A stretch of DNA of 62,719 bases, counting the filler, from Chiloscyllium plagiosum (lineage: Eukaryota): the NCBI RefSeq assembly GCF_004010195.1. It is 4 parts of one record of this genome, joined end to end, with 100 filler letters (N's around TTAATTAATTAA, not from the genome) between each part and the next. Parts side by side here need not be neighbours in the genome. Positions count along the whole stretch, not along the records: positions 60,442 to 62,719 come from NC_057710.1; 3 more parts are not named here. One strand, given 5' to 3'. The translations under genes and the position numbers were made by a program. The number at the start of each line of letters is the position of its first letter. Position 1 is the stretch's first letter. This document shows, piece after piece, positions 61,411 to 62,719 of the stretch. The notes under the pieces were generated by a model. That model was not told the origin of the DNA. It was given only the letters and a program-made list of their open reading frames with translations, and made no database searches.

Positions 61411-62489
61411 CTTTTCCTTGAAAATGCCAAATTTATTCCTATTCTCTGCTTCCTGTCAGTTTACCGGCCCTGTAACCACTCTAATATATCATCCCCCCAT
61501 GAGCATTAATCTTTATATGGACCTTATCAAACACTTTGTGAAAATTACTGGTCCTCCTTTTCTCCACCTTACTAGTTGCATCCCCAAAGAGCCGTGATAA
61601 ATTTATAAAATAGGATTTCCCTTTTATAATTTTTATTAAACTATGTTGACTTGTACTAATCACGTATAGTGTTCTAAGTGCAGTGATTAGACATCGTTAC
61701 TAATAGTTTCTAGCATCTTTCCCCCTTTTTTGAAAACTTAAAACTTCAAAATGCCAACTTAAAAATGGATGGAGTTATTTCCAAACCTAAGGAATTGTGG
61801 AAAATCATGTCTGCGCTGTATTGTTCTATGTTCTATGTTCTAATATTTGGTTTTGGCTTGAAACTGATGTCTTCCACTGAGAAGATAGACACAAAATATT
61901 TGTTTAATTTCTCTGTCACTAATTTCTCCTATTTCTGCTTTGAAGGAGAGATTACTCTCTTCCTTAATAGATGCTTATTTAAATTTTTCAGCTGGTTTAC
62001 TTTTATTTTCTATTTCCTTTCCATTTTGTCAGGTTTTTTTTGTTGACCTTTTTTATGATTTTTAATTCCCAATCCTCATACTTGCTCAATAAAAACTGAA
62101 AATCAGTTATTAACTGTATGCTGTAAATCAGAAACAAAAATAAAGATTGCTGGAAAAGCTCAGCAGGAGAGAAATCGGGTGACCCTTCCTCCAAACTGAT
62201 GGTAGCTAGGAAAATGTCAATTTATATGCAGTACATAGGGTTGGGGGGAAGGGGTAAGGAGTAGATGGTAGGTGGGGATAAAGCCCAAAAAAAGAGAACA
62301 GTTAGACAGATAAAGGAGTCGGATAACGTTTTCGCTGGGAGGGTGAATAACTGTTAATGGTGACCGTTAGTGGCTAACAATGGGTTCTGTGTAATAGCAG
62401 ACCATGTAATAAGAAACAAAAATAGAAGTCGCTGGAAAAGCTCAGCAGATCTGGCAGCATCTGTGCAGAGAAATCAAAGTTGGAAAATG

Positions 62490-62719
62490 GGAAGCCTTCA
62501 GAAATGAGATAACAAGAATCCAGAGAAAGTATATTCCTGTCAGGGTGAAAGGGAAGGCTGGTAGGTATAGGGAATGCTGGATGACTAAAGAAATTGAGGG
62601 TTTGGTTAAGAAAAAGAAGGAAACATATGTACGGTACAGACAGGATAGATCAAGTGAATCCTTAGAAGAGTATAAAGGAATTAGGAGTATACTTAAGTGG
62701 GAAATCAGGAGGGCAAAAA
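62490..62719 (+). mobile_element. CR1 ORF2 fragment running off the window
   Basis: RKYIPVRVKGKAGRYRECWMTKEIEGLVKKKKETYVRYRQ, homologous to 4946-5197. Confidence 0.8.

Overview
Eukaryotic, repeat-rich vertebrate DNA, very probably a shark or other cartilaginous fish (inferred from the HE1/V-SINE-like element and the CR1, Penelope and Gypsy content). There are no prokaryotic features or CRISPR arrays. The window is a scaffold mosaic: a 500-N gap, two sized gaps and three artificial 100-bp linkers (44 N + TTAATTAATTAA + 44 N) separate segments that carry scattered, splice-phase-consistent exons of four genes. These are CPXM1-like (4 exons, +), an ADAM metalloprotease (3 prodomain exons and 1 EGF exon, -), DIP2B-like (3 exons, +) and ZNF638-like (2-3 exons, +), plus a possible 5' end of an unidentified gene. 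Introns are filled with CR1 and other LINE fragments, tRNA-derived SINEs, two convergent Gypsy (Mag-like) LTR elements, a solo LTR, a MITE and many minisatellites. The long ORFs in the track are repeat or gap artefacts. The most interesting signal is more than ten minimal type-I hammerhead-ribozyme motifs (CTGANGA-stem II-GAAA-palindrome-UH) from at least three Penelope-related families. Some lie downstream of GIY-YIG ORF remnants. Others are ~120-250 bp non-coding insertions with target-site duplications, either starting at the ribozyme core or arranged as back-to-back inverted pairs. Gene and repeat-family names come from my recall of family sequences, not from a database search, and repeat boundaries are approximate.
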